A stretch of DNA of 64,000 nucleotides. Source: Rubripirellula sp. Lineage in GTDB: Bacteria > Planctomycetota > Planctomycetia > Pirellulales > Pirellulaceae. Shown piece after piece: positions 60,345-64,000 of the stretch. Position numbers and translations under genes: made by a program. The notes under the pieces are model-generated. The model was given only the letters and a program-made list of their open reading frames with translations. It searched no databases and was not told the DNA's origin. The DNA lies in NCBI GenBank assembly GCA_965216875.1, contig OZ244207.1, positions 96,001 to 160,000 of the forward strand. The letters run 5' to 3'. The stretch's first letter is position 1, and every line of letters begins with the position of its first letter.

Positions 60345-61025
60345 TCATGCCGCGTTTTGTCGGCGTCGTTTTCGATGGGCGCCGATCACTCCAACCACGC
60401 CGAGTAGCGCGAACGTCGCAAGCGACGCCGGTTCAGGAACGGGGGCGACCGACAGATCGGTTGCACTGACCGAAGTCAGGACCGCGTTGATCACATTCCC
60501 GTTGATCGTCGTTGGGCCAGACCTTTCGGAAATGGTCAACTGCTGAAACTCTTGGTTGGCAAAAAAAGGTGGATCGAAAACGCTCGCCTCCGGTAGAGAG
60601 AGGTCGCTAAGCGTTGTCGCGTCAAAGTCTCTGAAGGCGAACGTGAATCCGTAGTCACCGACGTTCTGGGGAATGCCGAAGAAGGTGATGTCATCAAGTA
60701 CCGTTAAGCCGGCGATCGCATTGTTTCGGATCGATGCTTGTAACCCAGAACCGTGCTCGGTCGGAAGCCCGGGCAAATCGATTGTGTAGCTGGCGCCGGC
60801 CATATCATAAAGACGCGTGTCGGCGGTAAAGAACGAACCAGGATCCGATGAATCGTAGGTGAAAGAACCGCTGATTGTGTCGCCGATGCTGACCGACGGA
60901 GGAGGAGTGAAATGGAGTCCGGTCACGCGACCCTCCCAATTCACACGTACGATTCCTGCCTCGACCGTTGAGGCGAATACCAAGGCGATGGCAAATGCCA
61001 AGAGAATGTGTGTCCGTGACTTCAT
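60345..61025 (-). CDS. PEP-CTERM sorting domain protein
   Basis: Signal peptide ending VEA-G; C-terminus VPEPASLATFALLGVVGVIGAHRKRRR (PEP + TM + basic tail). Confidence 0.92.
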   Translation of the reverse strand: MKSRTHILLAFAIALVFASTVEAGIVRVNWEGRVTGLHFTPPPSVSIGDTISGSFTYDSSDPGSFFTADTRLYDMAGASYTIDLPGLPTEHGSGLQASIRNNAIAGLTVLDDITFFGIPQNVGDYGFTFAFRDFDATTLSDLSLPEASVFDPPFFANQEFQQLTISERSGPTTINGNVINAVLTSVSATDLSVAPVPEPASLATFALLGVVGVIGAHRKRRRQNAA

Positions 61026-61155
61026 TTGGAAGAGACCCGCATGCGCGACAAAGATGAGATAGAAGCGTTGAGGGAGTGCGAAGGTTGTTGGCCAACCCTT
61101 GCCTCAAACGGGAGCGATCTTAGTCTGGCGGGTTTGCGAATGCAAATTGGCCGAT

Positions 61156-61304
61156 TAGGGTGCCGTGCTTGCACGCACCGTAACAACCCGACTCCTGGTG
61201 CGTGCAAGCACACACCCTACGGGCGACGGCCGATTCTCGAAGTAGGGTGCCGTGCTTGCACGCACCGTATTCAGTACGTCCCTTGGTGCGTACATCCATA
61301 CCCC
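61156..61304. repeat. Two tandem family C REP doublets
   Basis: 61156-61220 intact (ends CCCTAC); 61242-61304 has a degenerate right arm. Confidence 0.85.
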
Positions 61305-61311
61305 CAGTGGC

Positions 61312-61803
61312 TCAAATGTTCTTGGATTGCTCGGCGTAACGGCGCAGGTGTTCGATCAAGGTCTTCAGTTCTCGTGCCCCTTCGGGCAAGACGATTTCGC
61401 AGTGCTCGACAACATCGGCAAGCGGGCCAAGCACATCATCGCACTGCTTGTTGATTTCGATCGACCACTTGCGAGCTTCGCGAATCTTCTCATCGCATTC
61501 GCGCACCCGCTGCTCGGCCTTGCGAACGCGCATGGCTGCTTCGGTTGCCGGGATGCGATCCGAAGCACGCACGGCGGCGCGTTTCTGAGCTAAGGTTTCT
61601 TTGGCTTCGGTCAACTCGCGTTCGGCAAGTTGCATCTGCCGTCGCCAATAGGCGGGCCGCTCTTGCGTGAAATGGCTTTCGGCACGTTGGACCAGCATCC
61701 GAAGCTCTTGAAGGACCTTCTCCCAATCGCTGGAAAGACGCAGCAGTCCAGCGTGGAACGCTTCCAACGAATCGATGTTTCGGACATTACTGCGTTCAGC
61801 CAC
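61312..61803 (-). CDS. All-helical coiled-coil protein, putative WXG100-like partner
   Basis: 163 aa, helical throughout; N-terminus (NVRNIDSLEAFHAGL) and C-terminus (EHLRRY) echo the adjacent WXG100 protein; 21 nt downstream of it. Confidence 0.7.
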   Translation of the reverse strand: MAERSNVRNIDSLEAFHAGLLRLSSDWEKVLQELRMLVQRAESHFTQERPAYWRRQMQLAERELTEAKETLAQKRAAVRASDRIPATEAAMRVRKAEQRVRECDEKIREARKWSIEINKQCDDVLGPLADVVEHCEIVLPEGARELKTLIEHLRRYAEQSKNI

Positions 61804-61824
61804 CGCATTCAGGCTCCCAAAAGA

Positions 61825-62094
61825 CTAGCGTCCCAAGTAAGCGTCGATCTGTTCCGCTTTGCGCAACAAATAGGGGACGTGTTGTTCGGTCGTCTTGATC
61901 AACCGACTCATCTGTCGCATCTGGTCGGTGAACTCTTCAGCGAACTTACGTTGCTGTTCGTCACGCCAAGTTTGCTCCAATTGGTTCATCTGCGAAGCGA
62001 GGCCTGCAGAACGCTGCTTCATCTCCTCGGCGAATCGATGCAGGTGGCCAGCGAATTGCCTGAGTTGTTCTGGATCGACAACAGCTTGGTTCAT
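61825..62094 (-). CDS. WXG100/ESAT-6 family protein (89 aa, central WRD)
   Basis: MNQAVVDPEQLRQFA..L..F......L..TWRDEQQRKF..EF...YLLRKAEQIDAYL: helix-turn-helix of about 90 aa with a central Trp. Start moved to 62094. Confidence 0.85.
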   Translation of the reverse strand: MNQAVVDPEQLRQFAGHLHRFAEEMKQRSAGLASQMNQLEQTWRDEQQRKFAEEFTDQMRQMSRLIKTTEQHVPYLLRKAEQIDAYLGR

Positions 62095-62161
62095 GTTTGG
62101 CTTTCGTTCTTGAAGAGTATGTTCGGGGAAAAACGAAGGTGGAGCAATTGCAGCGGTTCGG

Positions 62162-63046
62162 CTAGGACGAAGCGGATTGCCCCGAGAGTTCTGCTTCGGC
62201 CGCCTCAAGGTGGTTGCGATACTGTTTGAGGGTCAATTCGACGCCCAATCGTTCGGCGGTTTCGCAAAGTAATCGCAAGGCGACGATCTTGACCTTGAGC
62301 GGCGGGACGACGGCACGCCGCATTGCCGCAGCACGCAACGAGGTCATCGCTTCAACATCGCGGTTGATTGCTAACAGGCACCGTCCTTTCATCAAGTACG
62401 CTTGGGGTGAAAGGTCGTCGTTGCCAAGCACGGTATCAAGTTCGTCGATCGCAGGTTCGTAGAGACCGGCGTCGTACATCGCTTCGGCAAGCACGACCCG
62501 CAAATGAACAAGCGACGAATCGCGTTTGAGACGAGCGCGGCAGACATCCATTCGCCGACAGGCCCAGTCGTTCTTGCTGCGTTTGAGTTCACGCTCGGTT
62601 TCAAGCGTATCGAGCTTCTGGGCAAGCTCGCTCACTTCCCGCAATTGTTGAAGTGATCGGGCAAGGGTTGCCTCTTCGAATTCCCAAAGTAGCTCCATCT
62701 CTTCGGGGAAAATCTCGATCGCTTGCTGAAGCACACGTTTTGCTTCGAGCGGCTTTTCTTCGGCGCGATAAATCGCCGCTAACTCCATATACGATTCGAG
62801 GTCGGTAGGACTGGCACGAATGTGCTGTTCCAATTCCTGACGCCGCTCGAGCCGCAAAACGGGTTTGGGCTTTTCCTTGCCCGTCTCTGCTTTGCGTTTC
62901 ACATCGCGCCGAAGCAATTCTTCGGGTTTGACCAGACGCCAACGTCCGCCCTGCATCGGATTCAATTCGCCCGCGGATTCGTTTGTCGCGCCCGCAGTCA
63001 TTTCTTGCTGTGGACCGTCGGTGGGAGGCGGCGGTTGCGTCGACAT
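62162..63046 (-). CDS. Tetratricopeptide repeat protein
   Basis: PTDLESYMELAAIY...A..VLQQAIEIFP; LAEAMYDAGLYEPAI; AYLMKGRCLLA. Confidence 0.8.
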   Translation of the reverse strand: MSTQPPPPTDGPQQEMTAGATNESAGELNPMQGGRWRLVKPEELLRRDVKRKAETGKEKPKPVLRLERRQELEQHIRASPTDLESYMELAAIYRAEEKPLEAKRVLQQAIEIFPEEMELLWEFEEATLARSLQQLREVSELAQKLDTLETERELKRSKNDWACRRMDVCRARLKRDSSLVHLRVVLAEAMYDAGLYEPAIDELDTVLGNDDLSPQAYLMKGRCLLAINRDVEAMTSLRAAAMRRAVVPPLKVKIVALRLLCETAERLGVELTLKQYRNHLEAAEAELSGQSASS

Positions 63047-63358
63047 GGCGAAAACTCAATTGTGCGGTATTTCATAGATGAGACTCTCTATTTTGAACCA
63101 CAGGAGCCGTCGGGGCAAATCGAGGACTGCCGATTCACAGCAACTTTTTTCCGTGCGCAATCCAACCATTTTTGCCCTGTACGATCGGATGCCTCGCGAA
63201 GAAGGAAACGAAGCGTGAATGCGATGTAGATCGTTCGCGATCCTCACCTTTTGCAGCGACAGCGGGATTTCACGGAATGCAACGGCGGGGCATGGTGAAG
63301 CCCACCGCCTTTGCGGCAGCGGCTCTTGAGGACTCGTTGCAAGGCAAAAGAATCCGTT

Positions 63359-64000
63359 TTATGCAACCGACCGGTAGAGTTGGCGGGTGCGATCGGCATC
63401 CAGCGGGACGGGATTGAAGGTGCCGGTCCACTGCTTGAGGGCGTCCTCGACAAAAGTGTCGATCCCCGATTGAGGGATGGACAGTTCGTCAAACGAGGTT
63501 GCCAGCCCAGCTTCGCGTAGCCATGTCGTCACCAATCGGGCGAGGTATTCCGGCGCGTCGGTCGCCGTCACCGTTGGTTCGATTTCACGCACCAGTTCGG
63601 CATACCAATCGGCGTGGGCTGCGCCGTTCATTCGGATCACCGCTGGCAACATCATGCCCACGGCTTGTCCATGCGTGATGTCATGATGTGCTGTCAGCGG
63701 ATTGGCAGTGGCGTGTGCGGCACCGAGCATGGACGTTTCGATTGCCATTCCGGCGAAACAGGCGCCGACTTGCATCTGGCTTCGTGCTTCAAGGTCATTG
63801 GCATCCGCCAAGACTCGCGAAAACCCACTGGCAAGCAACCCGAAGGCGCGGCGACTGTAGGTGATCGACATCGGATTGCGACGCTTGGTGACATACGTCT
63901 CGATCGCATGCGAAACGGCGTCGATCCCGGTCAATGCGGTGACCTTGGTCGGTTGGGTGACGGTCAGCAGTGGGTCCAGCAACGCGATCCGGCAGGCCGC
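63359..64000 (-). CDS. Iron-containing alcohol dehydrogenase, 5'-truncated by the window edge
   Basis: ALLDP.LT, TGIDAVSHAIETY, LGAAHATANPL, HG metal ligands, FNP; frame open to 64000. Confidence 0.92.
   Translation of the reverse strand, partial: AACRIALLDPLLTVTQPTKVTALTGIDAVSHAIETYVTKRRNPMSITYSRRAFGLLASGFSRVLADANDLEARSQMQVGACFAGMAIETSMLGAAHATANPLTAHHDITHGQAVGMMLPAVIRMNGAAHADWYAELVREIEPTVTATDAPEYLARLVTTWLREAGLATSFDELSIPQSGIDTFVEDALKQWTGTFNPVPLDADRTRQLYRSVA

Noticed and set aside
61312..64000. Complete type VII secretion system
   Set aside because: No EccC/EssC ATPase or membrane components are in the window; only substrate-like genes are supported.

Overview
This is a 64-kb chromosomal window from a planctomycete, most likely Pirellulaceae (Rhodopirellula/Stieleria/Rubripirellula-like). 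The assignment rests on the PVC-superphylum signature small basic protein, two DUF1559 prepilin-like genes, two PSD1/PSCyt cytochrome c + DUF1501 pairs, a planctomycete-type ECF sigma/FecR-LamG pair and two proteins with the 'planctomycete extracellular' LE-x-LE-x-R-x-LL leader. It holds about 44 CDS, one tRNA-Ala(GGC) and many intergenic REP-like repeats from several families. I saw no CRISPR array, rRNA, integrase or transposase. Highlights: (1) an ABC-less type-I-like export locus (TolC + three HlyD-type adaptors, one fused to a PqqD/RRE-like domain and an M50 site-2 protease), which I infer may recognise and cleave the LE-x-LE-x-R-x-LL leader of giant extracellular proteins, two of which lie in this window; (2) a TPR-WXG100-WXG100-like operon in a diderm with no EccC/FtsK in view; (3) two surface-protein genes bracketed by REP composites: a DUF1559 gene between ~170-bp inverted repeats next to the tRNA, and a PEP-CTERM gene between direct REPIN copies. 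All family calls come from motif recognition by eye, with no database search. Several start codons were moved from the ORF track to more plausible internal starts.
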